A stretch of DNA of 64,000 bases, taken from the NCBI GenBank assembly GCA_965248575.1, contig CBDFJQ010000002.1, positions 2,976,001 to 3,040,000 on the forward strand. The letters run 5' to 3'. The notes beneath the pieces were generated by a model. That model did not search any database. It saw only the letters and a program-made list of their open reading frames with translations, and was not told the DNA's origin. Positions 39,698 to 51,748 of the stretch are shown here, in pieces (positions within the stretch are counted from its first letter, which is position 1; each line of letters starts with the position of its first letter). Both the position numbers and the translations under genes were made by a program. Source of the stretch: Planctomycetota bacterium (lineage in GTDB: Bacteria > Planctomycetota > B15-G4).

Positions 39698-40894
39698 TCA
39701 GGGAGTGCGGTAGTTGAGGCTGTCGGCGAGGTGGGGGTGGTCGTCGGCCACGGCCGGTGCGCGCGGGCAGGCCGCGTCCGCGAGCAGGAAGAACAGCGCC
39801 ACGGCACCCAGCACCGGCGCGATCTCCCAGAGGCCCAGCACGGGCGTCGCGCCCATGAGCGGAGGGCCGACCTGAACGTAGAGTTCCAGCGCGTGCCCGA
39901 GCAGGACGCAGACGGCGACCCGGGCCAGGACCTTGCGCTGGCGACACAGGGTGCGCGGCAACAGCACCAGGAAGGGCACGGCCCACTTCACGATCAGCGT
40001 CGCCTGGACCAGCAACCACCACGGCCCCTCTTTCCGCGACGCGTAGTGCACCGTCTCTTCGGGCATGTCCGTGTACCAGATGAGCATGTACTGGCAGTAC
40101 CAGCAGAAGGACCACAGCAGCGTCAGCGAGAACAGGATCTTGCCCGCGTCGTGCAGGTGCTCCTCGCGCAGCGGCCGGCCCAGGGTCCCCAGGCGTTCAT
40201 GGCGCAACATGAGCAGGATGGCGGCGGCCATGCCCGCGGCGGCCAACCCCGAGAAGTGCATCAGGGGGAACATGGTGCTGAACCAGTGCGGCTCCAAGGA
40301 CATGAGCCAATCGATGCTGGCTACCGAGAAGCTGATGGCGACCACGGCAATGAAGGCCGCCGACCAACGCAGACGTCTGATCTCCAGCTGCTCGTTCGGT
40401 TCCTGCGCGTACAGGGCGGACAACACCCTCAGCCGACGGGCGAAGACGATCCACAGCAGGAAGGCCCCCACCAGGCGTAGCGAGAAGCCCGCGCTGTTCA
40501 GGTAGACAGCCTTGTCCGCGAGCAGCACGTCGTGTTCCACAACCGCGGCGTGCGACCACTCGTAGAGGCTGTGCAAGCCGAGCAGCAGCACCAGGCCGAG
40601 TGCCCCCGCCACGGGCAACACCGTCGACATCGCGGCCGGAATGCGTTCCAGCTGGATGGACCAGCGCGCGCCGGACATGCGCAGGAAGGCCAGGAAGACG
40701 GGCCCCGCCAGGGCCAGTCCCGTGATGAAGACGAAGCCCATGAGGAAGCCGCCCCACGTCCGGCCCGGCTCGATGAACAGGCCCAGCAGTGTGATCAGAC
40801 CGGTCACGAGCACGATGGCCCGCAGGATCTGCGCCAGCTGGGAGCCTTCGCGCTGGGCAGGTCTCACGAGCAGCGGTACGTCCACGGTGGTCAT
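39698..40894 (-). CDS. actF: Alternative complex III subunit F
   Basis: ARWS, LYEWSH, KAVYLN, DWLMSLEPHWFSTMF, HLHDAGK and QYMLIWYTDMPEE. Confidence 0.9.
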   Translation of the reverse strand: MTTVDVPLLVRPAQREGSQLAQILRAIVLVTGLITLLGLFIEPGRTWGGFLMGFVFITGLALAGPVFLAFLRMSGARWSIQLERIPAAMSTVLPVAGALGLVLLLGLHSLYEWSHAAVVEHDVLLADKAVYLNSAGFSLRLVGAFLLWIVFARRLRVLSALYAQEPNEQLEIRRLRWSAAFIAVVAISFSVASIDWLMSLEPHWFSTMFPLMHFSGLAAAGMAAAILLMLRHERLGTLGRPLREEHLHDAGKILFSLTLLWSFCWYCQYMLIWYTDMPEETVHYASRKEGPWWLLVQATLIVKWAVPFLVLLPRTLCRQRKVLARVAVCVLLGHALELYVQVGPPLMGATPVLGLWEIAPVLGAVALFFLLADAACPRAPAVADDHPHLADSLNYRTP

Positions 40895-41468
40895 CAGGGG
40901 CCCTCCTGCTGGAGGCCACGCACGTGCGAGATGACCTTCCAGCGATCCATGGGGTTCAGCTGCGCCGCATAGTTGGCCATGTTCCCCTGGCCACGGGTCA
41001 GCACGTGGAACATCTCGCCGTCGGCTATCTGCGTGGCGCGAGCAGCGTGCAGCGACGGGGGCGGCAACATGCCGCGATAGACCACGGGCCCCTCACCGTT
41101 GCCGCGCACGTCGTGGCAACTCATGCAGAAGATGCGGTAGAGCTCGGCGCCATCTCGACGCGCCGCCGGGTCATCGGGAGCGAGCGGGTTCGACAGTTCG
41201 CGCCCAGCGCGCGCCGACTCCTCTGGCCCCTCGCCGTAAGGGAAGGGCAGCTTCCCGCGCGGCACGACGCCCGCCACCAAAGGCTGCAGCGTCTTGCCGT
41301 CCTCGAACCAGGGGTTCGGAGTGAAGGCCTCGGAGGCGTGGCTGTAAGCCATCTCCGTGAAGATCTCGAAGTGGCGCTTGTCGGGGTCAGGGCGCAAGAC
41401 GGCCTGCAGCGCCACCAGCACGACGCAGAGACCCGCCGTCCAGACCAAGAAGACCACGCGGCTCGAGC

Positions 41469-41472
<4 letters not shown>
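40894..41472 (-). CDS. actE: Alternative complex III monoheme cytochrome c subunit E
   Basis: EMAYS, GVVPRG, NPL, one CMSCH, DGEMFHVLTRGQGNM and DRWKVISHVR. Confidence 0.88.
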
Positions 41473-43402
<1,930 letters not shown>

Positions 43403-43406
<4 letters not shown>

Positions 43407-46400
43407 CCTTCATCTCCCGACCTGTTGCGGACATCGGCGAGGTAGCGCACACCCGGCTTGAGGTTGAGTTCCGCCAGCACGCTGTAGGCACGCGAGGCCG
43501 TTGTCAGGCGCGCGACCTTGCTCTCGGGGTCCGACAGGTCGCCGAACACGATCGCGTTGGTGGGGCAGCTCTGCTGGCAGGCGGTCTGCACATCGCCGTC
43601 CGCCAGGGGCTCGCCCTTGCGGCGGGCCTCGGCCTTCCCTTCCTGGATGCGCTGCAGGCACATGGAGCACTTCTCCATGACGCCGCGGCTGCGGATCGTC
43701 ACGTCCGGGTTGAGCACCATGTTCTGCAAGCGATCCTGCTTGCTGTACTCGAACCAGTTGAAGCGGCGCGTCTTGTAGGGGCAGTTGTTGGCACAGTAGC
43801 GGGTGCCCACGCAGCGGTTGTAGACCTGGGTGTTGAGCCCCTCGTTGCTGTGCATGGTGGCCAGCACCGGGCACACCGTTTCGCAGGGGGCGTGGCCACA
43901 GTGCTGGCACATGAGCGGCTGGTGGACCACATCCACATCGCCGTCCCCCGTGTCGGCGTAGTAGCGGTCGATGCGCAGCCAGCTCATCTCCCGGTGGCGG
44001 CGCACCTCGTCGCGACCCACCACGGGCACATTGTTTTCGGCCTGGCAGCCGATGACGCAGGCCGAGCAGCCCGTGCAGGCCGTGAGGTCGATGGCCATGC
44101 CCCAGTGGTGGCCGCGCGGCGCGTGGTCGTCGGCCCAGATCTCCGCGTCACCACCGTGCCCTGCGCCGGCGGCATGCTCGCCGCCCCCGTGCAGATCGGG
44201 CAGCGCCACGAGGCGCACGGCGTCGCGCACCGCGCCGCGCTTGGGCGCCAGGTGCTCAGGCACCGCCAAGCTGTGGTGGTCCTGGGTGCAGGCGAGTTCG
44301 CGTCGGGCGCCGGTGGCCTCCAGCTGCACGCTCAACGCCTCCGGGGACCAGGCCCCATTCCGGAAGGCCAGCAGGGGCGCCACGTTGGTGCCCACGGTGC
44401 CGCCCACCTCCACGGTGGCCTCGGCTTCGATCCACTCCGGGCCAATACTCGTGAAGCGGTCCGTGCCCAGCCGCCCGTAGCCGGCGGCCACGGCCACGAC
44501 ACCGTCGTCTTGGCCCGGCTGGACGAGCACCGGCAGCTCCAGCTCGGGCCGCGTGGGGTCCTCGCTGCAGCTCAGGCGGACGATGTCTCCGGACGTCAAG
44601 CCCAGCCGTTCGGCAGTGGCCGGCGAGAGGTCGGCGTGGTTGTCCCAGGTGGTCTTGGCCACGGGGTCAGGCAACTCCTGCAACCAAGGGTTGTGCGCAC
44701 CGCGGCCGTCCAGCAAGCCCACCTTGGGGTAGATCAGCAGCCGCAGCTGGTCGGCGCCGGGGGGTGTGGCGGCGTGCGTCACCCGGCGCAAGGCGCCCGC
44801 CATGGACGCCGGGTCGAAGCTCGTCTGCGCCGAGGCATGGGCCTCGGCCCGCAGGGTCGGCAGCTGCTCGAAGCCCCGCTCGAGCACCTTGTCGAACCAG
44901 ATGTCGAAGGGCTCGCCGCTCGCTTCTCGCCGGGAATCCAGCTGGCGACGCCAATGATCCCGGAGTAGCTCCCGCTCGTCGGCGGGCGCCCCGGACCAGC
45001 GGGCCAGGCTCGCGCGCAGTGTGCGCGTGTCACGCAGGGCGGGCAAGGTGGGTTGGGTCGTGCACAGCAGACCGGCGCGAGGCTCGGCATCGTCCCAGCG
45101 CTCCAGCTCGTGCGGCTCGGGGCAGACGATGCCCGCGTGTTGCGAGGTCTCGTCGGGCAAGCAGGCCAGGCTGATGTGGGTGCCTGCAGCCTGCAGGGCC
45201 TTGTCGAAGCCGGGCAGGTCGTAGGCCGGGTTGCAGCCCGCCGTGATCAGCAGGTCCACCTCTCCCCCCAGCAGTTCGCTCCGCAGCTGCTCCACCTGAG
45301 CGTCGCTGCCCAAGCGCTGTTGCGAGGCTCCCGCCAGGTGCCACGTGCGCCCTGCGTTGCCGAGCAACTCGTTGATCCAGCACGTGAGGCGTTGGGCGTC
45401 GTGGTCGTTCCGGCCGCAGAGCACGAGGGCGTCATGGCGCTGGGCCCAGAGCTCCTGCGCCAGCTCGTCCAAGGCCTCGCGCAGGCCAGGCCGCACGGCA
45501 GCCGTGTCGGGGGCCGGGCCCGGGAGGCCGACACCCGCCCGCCCCGCCAGCGCGGCTGCCAGATAGGCCAAGGCCTGGGTGCTCTCCCAAGGTGAGGTGC
45601 GCACACGCCGATCGGCCCGGGTCCCGGTCAGCGAGAGGCGTGCTTCGAACTGCCAGTGTCGGCTCATGTCCGGCGCCTCGCCGTGCTCGCCCTCCCCAAC
45701 CTGCGCGTCGTGGCCTTCTGGTCGGCGGGCCGCCGCATAGCCGGCGGAGTACTCAGCCGGGGAGATCCACGTCCCCAGCGGATCGGCGTCAAAGACCGCC
45801 AGCACGCGGCTCGCCGCGAGGTCGTAGCGCGGGATCGCCCGCACGCCATAGGCGGCCTCGGTCACGTCCAGGAGTGCCGAGCAAGACAGCGCGTCGTACA
45901 TCAGGTGACGCCCGTCGGGCACGGCACCGAGGAAGCGGTCGATCCAGGCCAGGGTGCTGGGCCCGGTCAGGGTGGACGTCAGCAGGCGCACCGAACCGCC
46001 GGCAGCGACCACTTGCTCGAGGCGGGCAGCCACGACCTCGTCCACCTGCTGCCAGCTGGAAGGCTTCCCCTCCAACTGCGGTCCGTCGAAGCGGTGGTCA
46101 TCGTAGAGCGACAGCACCGAGGCCTGGGCGGCGGCGGTGAGGCCGCGACCGTTGAGTGGGTGCTGCGGGTTGCCCTCCACCTTCACCGGACGGCCGTCGC
46201 GGCAGCGCACCAGCAGGCCACCACCGGAGCCGTCGGCCCAGGACGTGCTCGCGATCCAGTAGGCGCGGCCGGGCAGCACGCCCTCGTTCGCCATGATGTG
46301 GGTCATGGCGGTCTGGGCGGGCCCCCGCGAACAGGCCGTGACACCCGCCGCGGCAAAGCTGAAGCCCACCATGCGCAGGAAGGCGCGCCGGTCGAAACCC

Positions 46401-46516
46401 TTGCTGGCGATGGGCGCGTTCGGAAACTCCGGCGTCACCGGCAGCGGGCCGCAGGCCTCCTCCTCAGGAGAGCGGAACCAGTTCGCCCCGCCAGTCGTTG
46501 TCTCGTGCTTGCTCAT
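43403..46516 (-). CDS. actB: Alternative complex III subunit B (Mo-free molybdopterin-oxidoreductase-like domain plus Fe-S domain), Tat substrate
   Basis: DRRAFLRMVG Tat motif; GRPVKVEGNPQHP, NPWLQELPDP; CTGCSACVIGC, CQHCGHAPCETVCP, CVGTRYCANNCPY and EKCSMC. Confidence 0.93.
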
Positions 46517-46532
46517 GAGGTCCCGATCGAAG

Positions 46533-47231
46533 TCAGTAGTGGCACACCGAGCAGTCGGTGGAGACGTGCTGGATGTCGTCCAAGCGGAAGTGGTCGGCGG
46601 CGCCGCCGCCCATGCTGGTGCCCATCGCCGGGTCCACGCCGTTCTCGCGGTGGCAGTTCACGCACCAGCCCATGCTGAGGTCGCTCTCCTGCCGCACGCG
46701 CTCCATGCTCTGCACGGGCCCGTGGCAGACCTGGCAGGCCAACCCGCGGGAAACGTGCACGCTGTGGTCGAAGGCCACGAAGTCCGGGAGGTTGTGCACC
46801 CGCACCCAGGGGATCGTCTGCGGCCCCAGCCCGTTGGGCTCGAGATTCTCGTCCAGACCCATGGCGTCGTAGATCTTCTGGATCTCCGGCGACACCAGAC
46901 GACGGGGATCGCGGCCTTCGACTTCGGCCAGCTCGCGTTCCTGGAGCACCTCGTCGAAGCCCGTGCTGACCGACTCGTGGCAGTTCATGCACACGCTCGT
47001 GGGCGGGATGCCCGCGTGTCGGCTCGTGCGCGCCCCGAAGTGGCAGAACATGCAGTCCATGCCCAGCTCGCCCGCGTGCAGGCGGTGGCTGTACTGGATG
47101 GGTTGCGTGGGGGCGTAGCCCGTGTGCGTCCCAGGTGGGCGCCAGTCCGTCGTCCCCACCACCGCCACCAAACCGAAGAGGACGGCGGCCGAGAGGAAAA
47201 CGCGCGCGTGCGTGGTGCTCGGGATCAGCAT
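46533..47231 (-). CDS. actA: Alternative complex III pentaheme cytochrome c subunit A
   Basis: QPIQYSHRLHAG; five CxxCH motifs (CMFCH, CMNCH, CQVCH, CVNCH, CSVCH); LSMGWC. Confidence 0.92.
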   Translation of the reverse strand: MLIPSTTHARVFLSAAVLFGLVAVVGTTDWRPPGTHTGYAPTQPIQYSHRLHAGELGMDCMFCHFGARTSRHAGIPPTSVCMNCHESVSTGFDEVLQERELAEVEGRDPRRLVSPEIQKIYDAMGLDENLEPNGLGPQTIPWVRVHNLPDFVAFDHSVHVSRGLACQVCHGPVQSMERVRQESDLSMGWCVNCHRENGVDPAMGTSMGGGAADHFRLDDIQHVSTDCSVCHY

Positions 47232-48883
47232 GAGATCTCCGCGTTCTTCCGGGCGTAGAACCACCAGTTCACGCCCAGGCAGGTGGCGTAGTACCCGGCG
47301 AAGCCGTAGAGCGCGTACTCGGGCGTCCCGTTCTTGATCTGCGTCGCGAAGATTTTCGGGATCAGGTAGGCGCCGTAGGCCGCGATGGCCGAGGTCCAGC
47401 CCAGCACTGGGCCGGCTTGCTCCTTCTCGAAGATCATGGGGATCATGCGGAAGGTGGAGCCGTTGCCGATGCCCGTGGTCGCGAACAGCAGGATGAACAG
47501 CAACAGGAAGGGCATGAAGAACTGTTCAGGGTTCGGCGAGTGGCTCGCCTGGCTGACGTACCAGCCCGCACCGATCGTGGCGATGATCATCACCACCGTG
47601 TCCCACTGGGTGACGCGCGCGCCCCCCAGCTTGTCCGACAGCCAGCCCCCCACCGGGCGGATCAACGCGCCCACGCCAGCCCCGATCCAGATGTAGGAGG
47701 AGGAGAGGGGCGCGTTGGGGTTCAGGATGCCCTCCGGCAGCGGACTGCCATCCGCGCCCACACGGATCACGCCGAACACGTCATCGATGAGCTTGGGGAA
47801 GGCGTTCGCGTAGCCGATGAACGAACCGAAGGTCATGGTGTACAGCCACGTCATGACCCAGTTGTGCTTGTTGCCGAAGATGGCGAACTGGGTGTCGAGG
47901 CTGTCGCGCGTCTCTCTCGAGGTGAAGCGCTTCATGGCGAAGAGCGTGACCAGCACGGCGATGACCAGGATCAAGAAGGTCTTCAACAGCACCGGGAAGC
48001 TGCCCCATGGAGTGATCAGCAACCACACGCCGATTCCGCCCCCGAGGAAACCCATGCAGGTGAGCCGCAGGTAGCGACCCACGCTCTTGGCGGTGCTGCC
48101 GCAATCGTGCTGCGGCATGGTGTTCATCAGCATGAAGGCCAGCACGGCGAACACGGCCAGCACCGGCACCCAGACCAGGCCGGCGTTCTGGATCCACATC
48201 TGCGACTCGCCCACCTGGTACGGCTCACCGCCCAGACTGCCGAAGGCTCCGAAGGTGATGATCCACGGCAGCAAGAACTGCATGACCGAGACGCCTGCGT
48301 TGCCCAGGCCCGCGTTGAGCCCCAGCGCCAACCCCTGCACCTTCTTGGGGTAGAAGAAGCTGATGTTGGACATGGAGGAGGCGAACACGCCGCCGCCCAC
48401 ACCGGACAGGGACGCCAGCAACACGAAGGTGTAGAAGCTGCTGTCCGGGTTCTGCAGCGCGATGCCCGCTCCCAGGGCCGGCAGGATCAACAACAAGGTC
48501 GACATGAACTTGACGTTGCGGCCGCCGCAGATGGCGACCATGAACGAGTTGGGGATGCGCAGGGTCGCCCCCACCAGACCCGCGACCGCGGGCAGGGTGA
48601 ACAGCAGCGCCCGGTAGTCGTCACTGCCGAGGGGCTCCCCGTCGTTCCAGCCGGTGAAGCTGAAGAGGTCGAGGTTCGCGAAGTGCGCCTTCTGCACGAA
48701 CTTCGCCACCATGCCCCAGTACAGCCAGACCGAGAACCCGCACAGCAGGTTCGGGATGGAGACCCACAGGTTCCGGCGCGCGACGCTCTTGCCGGTCTTT
48801 TCCCAGAACGCCTCGTCTTCGACGTCCCATTCGGGCAGGACGCTCTTGGGCCGCTTGTTGGAACTGCTGCCGTTGTTCATCAC
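47225..48883 (-). CDS. narK: NarK2/NarU-type nitrate/nitrite antiporter
   Basis: WDVEDEAFW..ARRNLWVS, FASSMSNISFFYPK, GLNAGLGNAG, TFGSFIG and GIGNGSTFRMIP. Confidence 0.93.
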   Translation of the reverse strand: MMNNGSSSNKRPKSVLPEWDVEDEAFWEKTGKSVARRNLWVSIPNLLCGFSVWLYWGMVAKFVQKAHFANLDLFSFTGWNDGEPLGSDDYRALLFTLPAVAGLVGATLRIPNSFMVAICGGRNVKFMSTLLLILPALGAGIALQNPDSSFYTFVLLASLSGVGGGVFASSMSNISFFYPKKVQGLALGLNAGLGNAGVSVMQFLLPWIITFGAFGSLGGEPYQVGESQMWIQNAGLVWVPVLAVFAVLAFMLMNTMPQHDCGSTAKSVGRYLRLTCMGFLGGGIGVWLLITPWGSFPVLLKTFLILVIAVLVTLFAMKRFTSRETRDSLDTQFAIFGNKHNWVMTWLYTMTFGSFIGYANAFPKLIDDVFGVIRVGADGSPLPEGILNPNAPLSSSYIWIGAGVGALIRPVGGWLSDKLGGARVTQWDTVVMIIATIGAGWYVSQASHSPNPEQFFMPFLLLFILLFATTGIGNGSTFRMIPMIFEKEQAGPVLGWTSAIAAYGAYLIPKIFATQIKNGTPEYALYGFAGYYATCLGVNWWFYARKNAEISC

Positions 48884-48915
48884 GTTCTCCGTCGCACGAA
48901 CTTCTGAGGGGGGGG

Positions 48916-49605
48916 CTAGCCGGTGGAGCGGGACTTCTTGCGGTCGTAGTTCCAGACCACGACCTGGGTGCGGCGCCAGAGATAGGGGTTGGGAACCACC
49001 AACACGTGCACCAGGCGCGTGAAGGGGAAGAAGGCGATCACCAGCCAGGCGTTGACGATGTGCGCCTTCACCAGGAAGGGCAGCGCGCCCACGTAGCTGA
49101 GCTCCGGGTCGAGCTTCACGAGCGACCAGAACCAGGGCGTCAATGAGGTGGCGAACCAGGAGCTACCCCAACCATGGAAGAGCGCCACACCGATACCCGT
49201 CACCACCTGCACGCCCACCAGCCCGTAGACGATCCAGTCGCTGACCGTGGTGACCGTGCGCGCCTTGGTCACCTGCAGGCGGCGCAAGACGATGTTCACC
49301 AGGCCCACCAGGGTGACCAGCGCCATGGCCAGGCCCGTCGCCTCGGTCAGGAAGAGCCGGAAGGGCTCGGCGTTCCAGGCCATGATCACGTCGGGAATGA
49401 ACAGCCCGACGAGGTGCAGCATCAGCACGAACAAGATGCCGTAGTGGAAGGGCACCGAGCCCCAGAAGTGCTTGCGGTTCTCGAGGAACTGCGAGCTGAG
49501 GCTGCTGTAGGTGAACGTGCGCTGCCGGTAGCGCTGGATGGTCATGATGAAAAAGATGCCCATCGCGACGTACGGCAGGATCCCGAACAGCAAGGTGTCA
49601 CTCAT
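48916..49605 (-). CDS. narI: Respiratory nitrate reductase gamma subunit (diheme b)
   Basis: SSLSSQFLE, FHYGIL..LH (heme His pair), KAHIV and FPFTRLVH. Confidence 0.93.
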   Translation of the reverse strand: MSDTLLFGILPYVAMGIFFIMTIQRYRQRTFTYSSLSSQFLENRKHFWGSVPFHYGILFVLMLHLVGLFIPDVIMAWNAEPFRLFLTEATGLAMALVTLVGLVNIVLRRLQVTKARTVTTVSDWIVYGLVGVQVVTGIGVALFHGWGSSWFATSLTPWFWSLVKLDPELSYVGALPFLVKAHIVNAWLVIAFFPFTRLVHVLVVPNPYLWRRTQVVVWNYDRKKSRSTG

Positions 49606-50236
49606 GACAGGGCTCCTCTCCACAGGTCGGTGCCTGTGTGTCATGGGGTGCGTCATGGGGTAGCGGCGGTGGCGACGGGGGCCAGCTGGACGGCACCGAC
49701 GCGCCGACCGGCGGGCGTACGCTGCGCGTGTGCATCTGCAGGACTTCTTGCACCGCAGCCAGGACAGCCGCCCAGGGGTTCTCCTGCGCCACCAGGGCCT
49801 CCTCGATCTTGGTCACCGCAGGCGCCACGGTTTCGTGGGCCATGTCGCCTGACCAAACCTCCTCGGCGCGACCCAGCACGGGCAGCACATGGCTCAGGTG
49901 GTCCGGCAGTTCACCGTTCTCCTCGACCCCGTGCTCACGCAAGCGCTGGCGCATGCGCACCATGAAGGTGCCGCGCGTGTAGTTCTCGCCGAAGGTGTGC
50001 CAGCCCACCTCGAGCGCCCGGTCGGCGGAGTTGTCGAAGGTGTGGGTGAACATCTCCTCCAGATCACTGAGGGTCTGGTCCCGCACGAAGTCCACGAAGG
50101 GCTGGAGCTTCTCCCCGGCTGCGGGACAGGAGGCAGCGACGGTGCGCGCCGCCTCCTCAATCAGCTGCTCCACGCCTTCGCGCGGATACATCAACAGGCC
50201 AGCCAGGGCGTCGTGGGTTTCGACGTCTGGTCGCAT
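49598..50236 (-). CDS. narJ: Nitrate reductase maturation chaperone
   Basis: LLMYP, FTHTFD, FGENYTRG and ELPDHL; located between narH and narI. Confidence 0.88.
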   Translation of the reverse strand: MRPDVETHDALAGLLMYPREGVEQLIEEAARTVAASCPAAGEKLQPFVDFVRDQTLSDLEEMFTHTFDNSADRALEVGWHTFGENYTRGTFMVRMRQRLREHGVEENGELPDHLSHVLPVLGRAEEVWSGDMAHETVAPAVTKIEEALVAQENPWAAVLAAVQEVLQMHTRSVRPPVGASVPSSWPPSPPPLPHDAPHDTQAPTCGEEPCHE

Positions 50237-51726
50237 CAGAGCCCCCTCGCCGGCGCGTTGCGGAAGCCGAAGCCCATGGACTTCTTGAAGTCCAGCGGGT
50301 CTTCGAGCACCTCGATGGCCATCTCCCGTTGGGCGGGCGGAACCACCACGCGGTCTTCCAGGCTGGCGAGGGCCGTCAACTTGTAGATGGCCTCCGCCTC
50401 GTCCGGACTGCACTCGGCATCCTTGAGCGCGCGCTCCGCCACCTCCAGGCTGATGTCACCCACCGTGACGTGGCGCCGCCAGAGCCGCACGGCGTACTGC
50501 TTGCGCAAGGCCGTCCGCACCTTGCCCTCGTTGCCGGCGGCGAACATGCGCGCCAGGTACTTGATGGGCACGCGCGCCTTCTCGATGTCGGAGAACAGGT
50601 CCTCGGTGTCGTTGCGCACCGGACCGGCATCCTTGTTCGAGATCACCGGCATCAGCGGCGGTACATAGAACAGCATGGGGAAGGTTCTAAACTCGACGTG
50701 CAGCGGCAGCGCCAGCTTCCACTCTTTGACGAAGCGGTAGACCGGCGAGAGCTGGGCGGACTCGATGGTGCTGTCCGCCACGCCACATTCCTTGGCAGCG
50801 GCGATGACCGCCTCGTCGTGCGGGTCGAGGATCATCTCGCGCTGGGCGTCCACCAGTTCGAGGTCGGGCTTGGTGGCGCACTCCACCAGCTTGTCGGCGT
50901 CGTAGAGCACCGTGCCCAGGTAGCGGATGCGACCCACGCAGCTGTGGAAGCAGGCCGGAGCCTCGCCGGCCTCGAGACGCGGGAAGCACAAGATGCACTT
51001 CTCGCTCTTGCCCGTGGACCAGTTGTAGTAGGTCTTCTTGTAGGGGCAGGCCGAGACGCACGAGCGCCAGGCTCGGCAGCGCTCCTGATTGATCAGCACC
51101 ACGCCGTCCTCGCCGCGCTTGTACATGGCCCCTGACGGACAGGAAGCCACGCAGCTCGGGTTGAGACAGTGGTTGCAGATGCGCGGCAGGTAGAAGAACG
51201 CCATGCGCTCGATCTCGAACATCTGCTGCCGCACCTCGGGCGTCAGCTCGTCGAGATTCGGGTCGTTTTCGGCGTAGATCGGCGAGCCGCCCAGGTCGTC
51301 GTCCCAGTTGGGGCCCGCCTTGATGTCGATGTGCTCGCCCGTGACCATCGAGATGGGCCGCGCCGTGGGCTGGTCGTCGCCCTCAGGGGCGTTGAACAGC
51401 GTCTCGTACTTGTAGGTCCACGGCTCGTAGTAGTCATCCATGCTGGGCATGGACGGGTTGTGGAAGATGTTCGGGATGATGCGGCCGCGGCCTGTGCTCT
51501 TCAGGCGCAGCTTGCCGTCCCGCACCTCCCAACCACCCTTGTAGTACTCCTGGTCCTCCCACTTCGTCGGGTAGCCGGTACCCGGCTTCGTCTCGACGTT
51601 GTTCCACCACATGTATTCGGTGCCCTTGCGGTCGGTCCAGATGTTCTTGCACGCGACGCTGCAGGTGTGGCACCCGATGCACTTGTCCAGGTGGAAGACG
51701 AGAGCGGTTTGGGAGCGGACATCCAT
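50236..51726 (-). CDS. narH: Nitrate reductase / nitrite oxidoreductase beta (Fe-S) subunit
   Basis: DKCIGCHTCSVAC, RICNHCLNPSCVASCP, CRAWRSCVSACPY and EKCILC...CVGRIRY. Confidence 0.96.
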   Translation of the reverse strand: MDVRSQTALVFHLDKCIGCHTCSVACKNIWTDRKGTEYMWWNNVETKPGTGYPTKWEDQEYYKGGWEVRDGKLRLKSTGRGRIIPNIFHNPSMPSMDDYYEPWTYKYETLFNAPEGDDQPTARPISMVTGEHIDIKAGPNWDDDLGGSPIYAENDPNLDELTPEVRQQMFEIERMAFFYLPRICNHCLNPSCVASCPSGAMYKRGEDGVVLINQERCRAWRSCVSACPYKKTYYNWSTGKSEKCILCFPRLEAGEAPACFHSCVGRIRYLGTVLYDADKLVECATKPDLELVDAQREMILDPHDEAVIAAAKECGVADSTIESAQLSPVYRFVKEWKLALPLHVEFRTFPMLFYVPPLMPVISNKDAGPVRNDTEDLFSDIEKARVPIKYLARMFAAGNEGKVRTALRKQYAVRLWRRHVTVGDISLEVAERALKDAECSPDEAEAIYKLTALASLEDRVVVPPAQREMAIEVLEDPLDFKKSMGFGFRNAPARGL

Positions 51727-51748
51727 GAAAGGTCTCCTGGTCTGCGAT